Below, in pieces: positions 20,356 through 29,956 of a DNA stretch of 64,000 nt. The DNA comes from an uncultured Bacilli bacterium (GTDB lineage: Bacteria > Bacillota_I > Bacilli_A > RF39 > UBA660): the NCBI GenBank assembly GCA_944358675.1, contig CALVRN010000005.1, positions 232 to 64,231 on the forward strand, given 5' to 3'. Under the pieces are notes generated by a model. The model was given only the letters and a program-made list of their open reading frames with translations, had not been told where the DNA came from and did not search any database. Positions within the stretch are counted from its first letter, which is position 1. Each line of letters starts with the position of its first letter. Made by a program: the position numbers and the translations under genes.

Positions 20356-21393
20356 CTAATAATTTCCACGTTTTCTTAAAAATGCTGGAATAACAGTATC
20401 TTCATCATCTAATCCAGGAATTGGAACTTCTTCTTCCTCTTTTTCTTTATGTTGATCAAATCCAGTTGCAATTACCGTAACGATTAATTCATCTGTAAAG
20501 TTTTCATTAATAACAGCACCAAATATTGTATTAATATCAGTATTAGCTGATTTTCTAATAGCTTCAACAGCTTCTTCTACTTCAAATAAAGTTAAGTTAG
20601 GTCCACCAGTAACATTGATAATAGCATCTGTTGCTCCATCAATACTAGTTTCAAGTAAAGGAGAAAGTACCGCTTGATTAGCTGCTTCAATAGCTCTATC
20701 TTCGCCAACACCAGCACCTATACCAATTAAAGCACTACCACGTTTTTCCATCACTGTTTTAACATCAGCAAAGTCAAGGTTAATTAATCCTGGACATGCA
20801 ATTAAATCAGAAATAGATTGAACACCACGACGTAACACATTATCAACTTCTTTAAATGAATCTAAAAGTGGTGTTGATTTATCGATAATTTCTCTTAATC
20901 TATCATTTGGTACAACAATTAAAGTATCAACATGTTTTTTTAGTTCTTCTATACCATCTAAGGCTTGAGTCATTCTCTTTTTACCTTCAAAAGAAAATGG
21001 TTTAGTAACAATGCCGATTGTTAAAGCTCCTGAATTTTGAGCAATATCAGCAATAACTGGAGCTGCTCCTGTACCAGTTCCACCACCCATACCACAAGTG
21101 ATGAATACCATATCAGCCCCTTTTAAAGCTTCTTCTAATTCAGTTTTAGACTCAAGAGCAGCTTCCTTACCAATTTGTGGATTAGCTCCTGCTCCAAGTC
21201 CATGTGTAAGTTCTGCTCCTATTTGAATCTTATTTTCAGCTAAAGAATTATTAAGAACTTGTGAGTCAGTATTTGCTACTATAAACTCTACTCCTTCAAC
21301 TGATTCTATCATACGGTTTACCGCATTACATCCGCCGCCCCCGACACCTATTACTTTTATTTTTGCTAATTGATCCATTTCAATTCCCATCAT
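20356..21393 (-). CDS. ftsZ: Cell division protein FtsZ
   Basis: [17 protein letters not shown], the tubulin signature [10 protein letters not shown] and NDRL. Confidence 0.97.
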   Translation of the reverse strand: MMGIEMDQLAKIKVIGVGGGGCNAVNRMIESVEGVEFIVANTDSQVLNNSLAENKIQIGAELTHGLGAGANPQIGKEAALESKTELEEALKGADMVFITCGMGGGTGTGAAPVIADIAQNSGALTIGIVTKPFSFEGKKRMTQALDGIEELKKHVDTLIVVPNDRLREIIDKSTPLLDSFKEVDNVLRRGVQSISDLIACPGLINLDFADVKTVMEKRGSALIGIGAGVGEDRAIEAANQAVLSPLLETSIDGATDAIINVTGGPNLTLFEVEEAVEAIRKSANTDINTIFGAVINENFTDELIVTVIATGFDQHKEKEEEEVPIPGLDDEDTVIPAFLRKRGNY

Positions 21394-21405
21394 TTTAATT
21401 TCCTC

Positions 21406-22635
21406 CTATTCGCCAAAAAAGTATCCAAATACTTTTCCGAGCATTGTATCATCGTTTGTATTATCCCTAGGTGAAGAAAGTTCTTCCATATCATCTTCAC
21501 TAAACATTGAATAATTCATTCCTTTTAATTTTAATGTATTTAGAAAATAAATAATATTACCAATAACTGTACTATATTTATTATTTCTAACTCCAACTAA
21601 TTTGACTTTAGCTTTACTAGCATTTGGTAAAATATCATGTACACAATATTCAAAATCCAAAATATTACTAGTACCTCCAGTTATTATTATATACTGAATT
21701 GGTTTATTTGTTAAGTCATTTAACTCATTTTTTGCTAAAGTAAGTATTTCATTTATCCTAGACTCAACTATTTCAGAAGCTGCCAACTGATTAATTTTAA
21801 TCTTAACGTTATCATTGTTTGTAGTCTCATAAACATCAAACTTATCAGCATTTCTAGTATTAGCCAAAGCAAAATTTTCTTTAATTTTTCTAGCTTCAGT
21901 AACATCTATCTTATACATATAAGCTAAATCTTTGTCAATATCATTTCCCCCAGCGCCAATTATTTTAGTACATACTGGTATACTCTTATTGTATAAAGAA
22001 ACTGTTGTTATATCAGCACCTATATTAATAACTGCACTGATATTTTTATCTAACTCATCAGTTCTAAAACAGTTAATATCACCAATACTTCCAACCGAAA
22101 TATCGACAATTTCCACCCCTAAACTTTCAATTACACTAGCAACAGAATAAACATTTTTTTTAGGTGTTGTAACCATCATTGCTCTTCCTAAAAGTTTCTT
22201 ACCAGGAAACCCTTTAGGATCCTTCATTACTGTTTTACCATTAATTTTAAAATCAATTGGAACAACCGTAACAAACTCTTCATTAGGAAGCAAATTAGCC
22301 TTAATACCAGCCTTATAAGAATTTATCATATCATGAGCTGTAATTAAATCGCCCGGAATATCGCACTCACCTTTAATGATTTTATATTCAGCCATATGAT
22401 TTGGAATACATGCTATAACCTTTTTAATTTTAATTCCAAGCATATCTTCTACTTGTTTAAATGCTAGTAATATTGATTTTTTAGCTAATTCTGGATCTAC
22501 AATAAGACCCTTTTTAATTCCCCTAGAAGGTATCGATGTTGCAGCAAGCAAATTTAAATGATTTTGGTAAAGTTCACAAACAACAAGTTTAATAGAATCT
22601 GAACCAAGATCAATACTCGCATAAACATGCTCCAT
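21406..22635 (-). CDS. ftsA: Cell division protein FtsA
   Basis: Actin-like ATPase: ASIDLGSDSIKLVV, GADITTVS, ITGGTS. Lies immediately upstream of ftsZ. Confidence 0.93.
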   Translation of the reverse strand: MEHVYASIDLGSDSIKLVVCELYQNHLNLLAATSIPSRGIKKGLIVDPELAKKSILLAFKQVEDMLGIKIKKVIACIPNHMAEYKIIKGECDIPGDLITAHDMINSYKAGIKANLLPNEEFVTVVPIDFKINGKTVMKDPKGFPGKKLLGRAMMVTTPKKNVYSVASVIESLGVEIVDISVGSIGDINCFRTDELDKNISAVINIGADITTVSLYNKSIPVCTKIIGAGGNDIDKDLAYMYKIDVTEARKIKENFALANTRNADKFDVYETTNNDNVKIKINQLAASEIVESRINEILTLAKNELNDLTNKPIQYIIITGGTSNILDFEYCVHDILPNASKAKVKLVGVRNNKYSTVIGNIIYFLNTLKLKGMNYSMFSEDDMEELSSPRDNTNDDTMLGKVFGYFFGE

Positions 22636-22750
22636 AACATCATCCTCCTACAGTCTATCATTAATTATACTATAATTTTACCTTATTGAAAAGAAAATGT
22701 AAACCCAATTTAAATTTTTTACCTAAAAAAACATTAGAAAAAAGAATATT

Positions 22751-23434
22751 TTAACTTTTTACCTCAAAATATTCTCCAGAATCTAAATAAAGTATCCCTT
22801 TTTTATTATCAAATTCTTTAATTATATCCAAATAGTTGTCTATTTTATCAAACTTATTTAAAGTCAAATAAACATAGTTACCATCATTCATTGTAAGTAA
22901 AAATCTACCTTCATCAACTTCATTAGGATCATATTTTATTTCAGATATTCTCTTAACAATATCATAATCAATTGAAGAAATTGAATTTAAAAAATCTGAA
23001 TAAATATTATCTGGCACATAATTAATAACTGTTGGTACTGGAAAATTATCACTAACCTCCGTTTTATCAGCTAAAATAGTTTTTTCAGCAGGTAAATAGT
23101 AAAAAAGTGGTAAATTTTCTTTTATATTAATAACAACTTTAGTTAAACTAGGTCTTTCAACATCCACATTTTTAATATAATCATCCTCTTCCAATCTTTT
23201 TTCAATATTTCTAGAAAGTGTCTTTAAACTGCTAGGATAATCATCAAGCCCAGCTTTTTCAATAATTTCCCAGTCGCTATAAAGAGTATTTCCTTTAATC
23301 ACAATATTATTTATCTTCACATCAGTTAAAAAAGCCAATCCTAAAAGAATAATTATTAAAAATAATAATACTAATAAAACATTTTTAACTTTTATTTTTC
23401 TCTTTTTCCTAACCTTATGTACCATCAATATCAC
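22751..23434 (-). CDS. divIB: Cell division protein DivIB/FtsQ
   Basis: Basic N-terminus, TM segment and POTRA-like segment (INNIVIKGNTLYSDWEIIEKAGL). Position between murB and ftsA. Confidence 0.75.
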   Translation of the reverse strand: MILMVHKVRKKRKIKVKNVLLVLLFLIIILLGLAFLTDVKINNIVIKGNTLYSDWEIIEKAGLDDYPSSLKTLSRNIEKRLEEDDYIKNVDVERPSLTKVVINIKENLPLFYYLPAEKTILADKTEVSDNFPVPTVINYVPDNIYSDFLNSISSIDYDIVKRISEIKYDPNEVDEGRFLLTMNDGNYVYLTLNKFDKIDNYLDIIKEFDNKKGILYLDSGEYFEVKS

Positions 23435-23438
23435 CTTT

Positions 23439-24293
23439 TTATTCTATAAATTCTTGCTCAGTTTCTAATAAAATTCCTGTTTTTTCTTTTACTTTATTTT
23501 GAATTAATTTAATTAATTTTAATACATCTTCACTAGTTGCATGTCCTACATTAACAATAAAATTCGCATGTTTATAAGAAACCATCGCATCACCAACTCT
23601 ATATCCTTTAAGTCCTGTATCCTCAATTAATTTTCCCGCACTATAACCTAAAGGATTGCGAAATACAGAGCCAGCTGATGGATATTCTAACGGTTGTTTT
23701 TCTTTTCTACTTTCCAAGTTTTCTTTCAACTTTTTCAAAATATCCTCAGAATTTCCTTCTTTCAGTTCCAATGTTACTTCTAAACAAATAAATTTTTTAT
23801 GTTTAAAAATACTGTCACGATAACCAAAATCTAAATCTTCTTTATATAAAGTAATTATCTCATTATTATCATCTAAAACAGAAACTTCTTTAATTATATT
23901 ATCAATCGAAAAGCCATAAGCTCCTGCATTTTGATAAACAGCTCCGCCAACAGTAGCTGGAATAGAAGATGCAAACTCTAGCCCACTCAAACCATTATAG
24001 GCACATTCTAAAGCAAGTTTGGGAAGCATGTAACCAGAACCCACTTTAACTATATTACCATCAATATTAAGTTTATCAAATTTTTCTAATTTAATCAAAA
24101 CACCATCATAATTAGGACTTATAATCAAATTAGAACCATTACCTATAACTTTGTATCTGATCTTTTTATCTTTAAAATCACTAATTAATTCTTTTAATTC
24201 TAAAACATCAGAAGGAAAATAAATAGCTTTTACCTTTCCTTCTAATTTATAAGTTGTATATTTCCTAATATCCGCATTATTTATTTTTTCCAT
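23439..24293 (-). CDS. murB: UDP-N-acetylenolpyruvoylglucosamine reductase
   Basis: VIGNGSNLI, GGAVYQNAGAYG and PSAGSVFRNP motifs. Confidence 0.9.
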   Translation of the reverse strand: MEKINNADIRKYTTYKLEGKVKAIYFPSDVLELKELISDFKDKKIRYKVIGNGSNLIISPNYDGVLIKLEKFDKLNIDGNIVKVGSGYMLPKLALECAYNGLSGLEFASSIPATVGGAVYQNAGAYGFSIDNIIKEVSVLDDNNEIITLYKEDLDFGYRDSIFKHKKFICLEVTLELKEGNSEDILKKLKENLESRKEKQPLEYPSAGSVFRNPLGYSAGKLIEDTGLKGYRVGDAMVSYKHANFIVNVGHATSEDVLKLIKLIQNKVKEKTGILLETEQEFIE

Positions 24294-25368
24294 TTTCTAA
24301 AACTACTTTCTTTATATTTTCATATATAACCGAAGCACTATCCTTCACCTGCATATTTTTTAAATTATTTTTAATCTCTAAGATTTTTTTATCATCATTA
24401 ATAAGTTTATCAACAGTATCTGATAAAAGGCCTTCCTCTAAAGATTTTTCTTCTATCATCAAAGCCGCATTATTATTAATCAAATCTAAAGCATTTAAAT
24501 ATTGATGATTATTTGCTACATAAGGTGATGGAATTAAAATCGTTGGAACTTCTAAAGCAATAATTTCACTCAAAGTAGAAGCTCCTGCTCTAGATACCAT
24601 CACATCAGTTTTTTTCATAACTGAAGTTAAACCCTCGTAAAATGAAATTACTTTAACATTTTTAGGATAACTATGTTTCATAACTTCATCATAAGAACCC
24701 TTACCAGTTACAAATAAAACCTCATAATCTTTTCCTTCAAATTTATTAAGCTCACCTTCTAAATACCTACTAACCCTGCCGGCACCTAAAGAACCCATAA
24801 CAATTAAAACTAACTTTTTAGTAGCTGAAAGACCTAAAGTAGATTTAAGTAAAACCGGAGCACTCAAAGCATCTTCACTACAAGGGTTACCAGTAACTAC
24901 AGCTTTACCTTCTGGAAATTTATCCAAAGATGATTCAAAAGAAACTCCAACCAAATCAGAATATTTACTTAAAAACCTATTAGACTTCCCAGGTAAAGAG
25001 TTTTGTTCATGTAAAAATGTTTTATAACCTAACTTATGTGCACTTATAATAACTGGAACTGTCACATATCCTCCAACTCCAATTACGATATCAGGATTAA
25101 ATTCCTTTATTATCTTCTTACACTCACTAAAAGCTTTAAATAAACATTTAATAGTTTTAAAATTCTTAAATATCTTTTTACTAAATCCATACATTTCAAT
25201 TGATTTAAAAGGAATACCTTTAGATGGAACAATATCTTTTTCCATTCTATTATGAGTTCCTATATATAAAAATTCACTATCAGGTTCTTTTTCCTTAATT
25301 TTATTAATTATAGCTAAAGCAGGATAAATATGTCCACCTGTTCCACCCGCACTAATTATAACTCGCAT
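24277..25368 (-). CDS. murG: Undecaprenyldiphospho-muramoylpentapeptide beta-N-acetylglucosaminyltransferase
   Basis: SAGGTGGHIYPALA with C-terminal SRAGASTLSE and PSPYVANNHQ. Confidence 0.92.
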   Translation of the reverse strand: MRVIISAGGTGGHIYPALAIINKIKEKEPDSEFLYIGTHNRMEKDIVPSKGIPFKSIEMYGFSKKIFKNFKTIKCLFKAFSECKKIIKEFNPDIVIGVGGYVTVPVIISAHKLGYKTFLHEQNSLPGKSNRFLSKYSDLVGVSFESSLDKFPEGKAVVTGNPCSEDALSAPVLLKSTLGLSATKKLVLIVMGSLGAGRVSRYLEGELNKFEGKDYEVLFVTGKGSYDEVMKHSYPKNVKVISFYEGLTSVMKKTDVMVSRAGASTLSEIIALEVPTILIPSPYVANNHQYLNALDLINNNAALMIEEKSLEEGLLSDTVDKLINDDKKILEIKNNLKNMQVKDSASVIYENIKKVVLENGKNK

Positions 25369-25430
25369 ATAATCACATCCTTAATTTAATTATATACATA
25401 ATTATATGTTATCGCAAGCAATTTAACAAA

Positions 25431-27374
25431 TTAAATATTATCGCACTTTATATTACTAATTAAAGTATTCTTATACAAATTTAAATGACTAAAAAACATA
25501 CAAATAAAAATTATTAAAAAACAAATAACAAAACTCAAAATAAATAATTCATAATTAAAAACTTTTACATTAATTTCAAAAAACATTCCTAAATTTTTAT
25601 ATAAAAAATTACTTATAAGCAAAATAAACGGAAATGAATATAAAGCTCCTTTGCCACATATAATCAAACACTCAAAAAGCAAACATAATCCAATCTTAAA
25701 ATTAGTAAAACCTAATACCTTTAATGTAGCAAACTCTCTTCTTCTAAATTTAATATTAGCCGACACAATATTACATATAGTAAAAGCAGAAATTAAACTC
25801 ACAATGCCAACACAAAAAATAGTAAACAATTTAATAATTAAAACAAAATTATTCATTATTTCATAAACCTTTTTAACATTTGTATAACTGACATCACCAA
25901 AATTATTTTTTCTAAAATATTTTAAAACTTTATCATCAATCTTATTTACATTTGTCTTAATCAAAGCATTACCACTATAAACTGGGCATACTTCATCAAA
26001 CTTATCCTTATCTAAATTTAAAATAATTCTTCCCTGAATTAATTCATTTTCAAAACCAAATGGAACATCTTCAGTTAAATTAATATCATTTATCATAACC
26101 CCATTAGATAAAGTAATTTCACTTAATTTATTAAATATCCTATAATTTACTTTAGTCATTTTTTTACCTTGAGATAAAGTATCATTCACCAAATTAATAA
26201 CTGAATTACCACCCAAATCAGTCACTAAAACCTCAATATTATCCTTATATCCCCTATTATAATTATCCTTAGAAATTGTAACCACCTTCTCACAACTTCT
26301 AAATATATTTTTATCACTTGCAGATAAATATAAAACCAAATCATCTAATTTAGAATAGTCACTCATATTACTAAATATCCTCACATCATATTTTGGTATA
26401 CTAACATATTCATCCAATATTTTTATTGTATAATCTGTAAGTCTTAAAAACATATTAAACAAAATAATTATTATAAATACACATAAAATTAACCCCCGAT
26501 ATTTCTTCTTATTTCTCTCATAATTAATATAAGCAAAATTTAAAAGAGGGTTTTTTATTTTACTTATACAGTTTATATTTTCATTATTATTCCTAAAAAG
26601 TTCCATTATCTTATATTTTTTTATTTTCAAAAGCGGTAATAAAGAAGACAAAAGCACAATTAAAATTACAAAAGCTAAAGGAATAAAAATAAAAGGAGCA
26701 TATAAAGATAGCACGATATTACTACCTAAAACTTCAGAAAGTAAATTATTAATTACATTTATAATTCCATAATTAAGTAATATACTTAAACCAAGACCTA
26801 AAAAGATTCCTAAAAAAAGGTAAACTACACTTTCAAATAAAAATATCTTATATAACTGATTATCACTAATACCAATCGCCTTAAGCAAAATAGTATCTCT
26901 TCTTCTTTTACTAAATGATATTTGAAAAGAATTATATATAATAAAAAATACCGAAATAGCTAAAACAAAAACTATTGCAAAAATAAGTTCTTTAAATAAA
27001 TCTATATAATTATTATCACCAATTCCATATAAAGAAAGTAACTCGTTATTATAAACAATATTTAAACATTCTTTTTTATCACATATATTTTCAGTCAAAT
27101 CAAAAGTTTCATAAATGTTTTCAAACTTTATAAAATAAAAGGAATCTAAATACTTCAAAGATTTAATTTTTTTATCATGATATCCATTTAAATCACCTTG
27201 AATCTTCACATGATAATCACTTTCCTTTGTAACTTTTGAAATTAAATATTCTCTAAAAGAAGAAAATAATATTCCTACACTAAAAAGTGTCATACTAGCT
27301 AAAATAATTCCCAAAAATATAGTCAAAGTTTGCTTTGGATTTTTTCTTAAATAATTAAGACTTAATTTTATCAT
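25431..27374 (-). CDS. FtsX-family ABC transporter permease (BceB/MacB-like, 647 aa)
   Basis: Two FtsX-type TM bundles separated by a large extracytoplasmic segment. Overlaps the upstream ATPase gene. Confidence 0.8.
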   Translation of the reverse strand: MIKLSLNYLRKNPKQTLTIFLGIILASMTLFSVGILFSSFREYLISKVTKESDYHVKIQGDLNGYHDKKIKSLKYLDSFYFIKFENIYETFDLTENICDKKECLNIVYNNELLSLYGIGDNNYIDLFKELIFAIVFVLAISVFFIIYNSFQISFSKRRRDTILLKAIGISDNQLYKIFLFESVVYLFLGIFLGLGLSILLNYGIINVINNLLSEVLGSNIVLSLYAPFIFIPLAFVILIVLLSSLLPLLKIKKYKIMELFRNNNENINCISKIKNPLLNFAYINYERNKKKYRGLILCVFIIIILFNMFLRLTDYTIKILDEYVSIPKYDVRIFSNMSDYSKLDDLVLYLSASDKNIFRSCEKVVTISKDNYNRGYKDNIEVLVTDLGGNSVINLVNDTLSQGKKMTKVNYRIFNKLSEITLSNGVMINDINLTEDVPFGFENELIQGRIILNLDKDKFDEVCPVYSGNALIKTNVNKIDDKVLKYFRKNNFGDVSYTNVKKVYEIMNNFVLIIKLFTIFCVGIVSLISAFTICNIVSANIKFRRREFATLKVLGFTNFKIGLCLLFECLIICGKGALYSFPFILLISNFLYKNLGMFFEINVKVFNYELFILSFVICFLIIFICMFFSHLNLYKNTLISNIKCDNI

Positions 27375-28050
27375 TTATTTCATCCTTTATAATTTTACCA
27401 TCACGCATAGTAATTATTCTACTAGCTCTTTTAGCTAAACCCATATCATGAGTAACCATAATAATAGTCTGCCTATATTTTTTATTATAAAATTCTAATA
27501 ACTTCATAACATATTTACTATTTCTACTATCTAAATTACCAGTTGGTTCATCCGCAAGTAATAATTTTGGATGATTAATTAAAGCTCTACCAATAGCTGT
27601 ACGTTGTTGCTCACCCCCTGATAAATCATTCGGATAAAATTCTAATTTATTAACCAAACCCAAACTTTTCACCAAATCATTTAACTTTTTATCACTAATA
27701 TTTCTACCATCAAATAAAGCTGGAAGTAATATATTCTCCTTAACATTTAAAGCGGGAATCAAATTATAAAATTGATAAACAATACCAATATATTTTCTTC
27801 TAAATACCGTAAGATCTTTATCAGACATATTATAAATATCTTGATTATTAATAATAACACTTCCACTACTCGGTTTATCTAATCCCCCAAGCAAATGAAG
27901 TAAAGTACTTTTCCCACTTCCGCTTTTTCCAACAATAGCAATAAATTCTCCTTTTTTTACTCTAATTGAAACATCATTCAAAGCTAAAAATTCATTTTTA
28001 TCCTTTCCATATGTTTTACATAATTTTTTTACATTTAATATTTCCATCAT
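27355..28050 (-). CDS. ABC transporter ATP-binding protein (BceA/MacB-ATPase-like)
   Basis: Walker A GKSGSGKST, signature LSGGEQQR and Walker B LLLADEPT. SD AGAGGTGA favours the ATG at 28050. Confidence 0.9.
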   Translation of the reverse strand: MMEILNVKKLCKTYGKDKNEFLALNDVSIRVKKGEFIAIVGKSGSGKSTLLHLLGGLDKPSSGSVIINNQDIYNMSDKDLTVFRRKYIGIVYQFYNLIPALNVKENILLPALFDGRNISDKKLNDLVKSLGLVNKLEFYPNDLSGGEQQRTAIGRALINHPKLLLADEPTGNLDSRNSKYVMKLLEFYNKKYRQTIIMVTHDMGLAKRASRIITMRDGKIIKDEINDKIKS

Positions 28051-28053
28051 ATT

Positions 28054-28081
28054 CACCTCTATATAAAACATACGACAAAAA
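28054..28081. repeat. Direct repeat (copy 1) of the ABC-operon leader flanking the DUF1016 pair
   Basis: cacctctatataaaacatacgacaaaaa recurs at 29890-29915 with a 2-nt indel. Both copies are followed by tttcctttttt. Confidence 0.65.
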
Positions 28082-28099
28082 AACTGGATTTCCTTTTTT

Positions 28100-29002
28100 T
28101 TATTTCATTTTATATGTAGTAGTAAAAATTCTATCATCTGTGCAGTACTCTAAAACATACTTATTTTCTTTCTTACATATAACCACACCTACAGTTTTAT
28201 CGTTAAATAACTCTTTAATATTTTTATCTACATAATTTATATATTTTGTAATCTGTCCAATATATTCAGCTTTAAATTCTGTAACCTTTAATTCCACTAC
28301 AACAAAGCAATTAAATTTATAATTAAAAAGTAAAAAATCAATGTAGTGATAATTATCCCCTATTTTAATTTTTACTTCGCTACCTACATACGTAAAGCCT
28401 ATACCTAATTCCACTAAAAAATCATCGATATTTTCCAGGATTGACCTATGTAAAGCATATTCACTTAATCTTTCATTTTTATTTTTAACTTTTATCATTA
28501 TTGGATTTTTAATTAAAGTATTTATTTTAGGTTTTTCTAACTCTTCTTTAAATCCAATTCTTTCATATTCTTTTGATTTTATTCTTTCATGTAACTCGCG
28601 ATATGATAAGTTTTGAACTCGAGTTATATAAATATAATAATCAATCTCTTTCATACTATTAAGGCGAATCAGTTCTATATAATGACTCCAAGTTAATTCG
28701 CCAGGCAGTGCTTGGCATTTCTTAAAAATCAAATAAAACTGGCGCATATTTTTTAAATTAGATACCTTGTATCCTTTTCCAAGTTCATTAGTTAGCTTTT
28801 CAGAATACTCTTTGATTAATTTATTTCCATATTTAGCCCTCTTTTCTCCGCCCTGAGCTTCAACTATTAATCTACCAACTTCAAAATAAGCTTTTAAATC
28901 ACTTTTGTTTTTAGAATAATCTTTGACCTTTTTATATATTTCGTTTTTAACTAAAGTTTCTTTTATTTCATCATAATAATTCGTTTTGATCACTTCCTTC
29001 AT
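28100..29002 (-). CDS. DUF1016/YhcG-like PD-(D/E)XK nuclease family protein, paralog 1
   Basis: C-terminal core IDFLLFNYKFNCFVVVELKVTEFKAEYIGQITKY (D...ELK...GQ). N-terminal helical domain. Confidence 0.7.
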   Translation of the reverse strand: MKEVIKTNYYDEIKETLVKNEIYKKVKDYSKNKSDLKAYFEVGRLIVEAQGGEKRAKYGNKLIKEYSEKLTNELGKGYKVSNLKNMRQFYLIFKKCQALPGELTWSHYIELIRLNSMKEIDYYIYITRVQNLSYRELHERIKSKEYERIGFKEELEKPKINTLIKNPIMIKVKNKNERLSEYALHRSILENIDDFLVELGIGFTYVGSEVKIKIGDNYHYIDFLLFNYKFNCFVVVELKVTEFKAEYIGQITKYINYVDKNIKELFNDKTVGVVICKKENKYVLEYCTDDRIFTTTYKMK

Positions 29003-29883
29003 TTCACTTTATAAGTCGTCGTAAAAATTCTATCATCACTGCAGTATTCCATGATAAATCTATTCTCTTTTTTACATATAACCACACCTACAGTTTTATC
29101 GTTAAATAACTCTTTAATATTTTTATCTACATAATTTATATACTTTGTAACCTGTCCAATATATTCTACTTTCATTTCAGTTACTTTAAGTTCTATGACA
29201 ACATAACAATTATATTTAACATTAAAAAGTAGAAAATCTATATAATTATATCTATCACCTATTTTAATTTTTACTTCACTACCTATATAGGCAAAACCAA
29301 TACCTAGTTCTTTTAGAAAATCATCCATATTTTCTAGGATAGATTTGTGCAAAGCATATTCAGTTAGTCTTTCATTTTTATCTTTAACTTTTATCATTAT
29401 TGGATTTTTAATTAAAGTATTTATCTTAGGTTCTTCTAATTCTTCTTTAAATTCAATTCTTTCATATTCTTTTGATTTTATTCTTTCTCTAAGCTGTCTT
29501 ACTGATAAATTCAAGTTTTTAGTTATCATAACATAATAATCAAAAGCTTTATCGTTTTTAATACTTAACAAATATCTATAATGACTCCATTGTAATTGGT
29601 CGCACAGTGTGCGACCTTTTGAGATTTTCAAATAAAATTGACGCATATTTTTAAGATTTGTAATATTATATCCTTTTCCTAATTCTTTAGTTAATTTTTC
29701 AGAATATTCTTTAATAAGCTTATTCCCATATTTAGCTCTCTTTTCTCCGCCTTGTGCTTCAACTATTAATCTACCCACTTCAAAATAAGCTTTTAAATCA
29801 CTTTTATTTTTAGAATAATCTTTGACCTTTTTATATATTTCGTTTTTAACTAAAGTCTCTTTTATTTCATTATAGTAATTCAT
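28999..29883 (-). CDS. DUF1016/YhcG-like PD-(D/E)XK nuclease family protein, paralog 2
   Basis: IDFLLFNVKYNCYVVIELKVTEMKVEYIGQVTKY. 4-nt ATGA overlap with paralog 1. Start set at the ATG at 29883, 6 nt after AGGTG. Confidence 0.7.
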   Translation of the reverse strand: MNYYNEIKETLVKNEIYKKVKDYSKNKSDLKAYFEVGRLIVEAQGGEKRAKYGNKLIKEYSEKLTKELGKGYNITNLKNMRQFYLKISKGRTLCDQLQWSHYRYLLSIKNDKAFDYYVMITKNLNLSVRQLRERIKSKEYERIEFKEELEEPKINTLIKNPIMIKVKDKNERLTEYALHKSILENMDDFLKELGIGFAYIGSEVKIKIGDRYNYIDFLLFNVKYNCYVVIELKVTEMKVEYIGQVTKYINYVDKNIKELFNDKTVGVVICKKENRFIMEYCSDDRIFTTTYKVK

Positions 29884-29889
29884 TTTCAT

Positions 29890-29915
29890 CACCTATATAA
29901 AACATACGACAAAAA
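29890..29915. repeat. Direct repeat (copy 2) of the ABC-operon leader
   Basis: cacctatataaaacatacgacaaaaa; see 28054-28081. Confidence 0.65.
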
Positions 29916-29956
29916 TTTAAAATTTCCTTTTTTAAATAGAAAAAAATTCAAACTTT

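Noticed and set aside
19597-22150. Track ORFs 19597-19782 (-), 19792-20076 (-), 21932-22150 (+)
   Set aside because: They are antisense within the sortase-like gene and ftsA, and carry no independent signals.
25651-29536. Track ORFs 25651-25866 (+), 27966-28235 (+), 29345-29536 (+)
   Set aside because: They are antisense to the ABC permease, the ATPase/DUF1016 junction and DUF1016 paralog 2.
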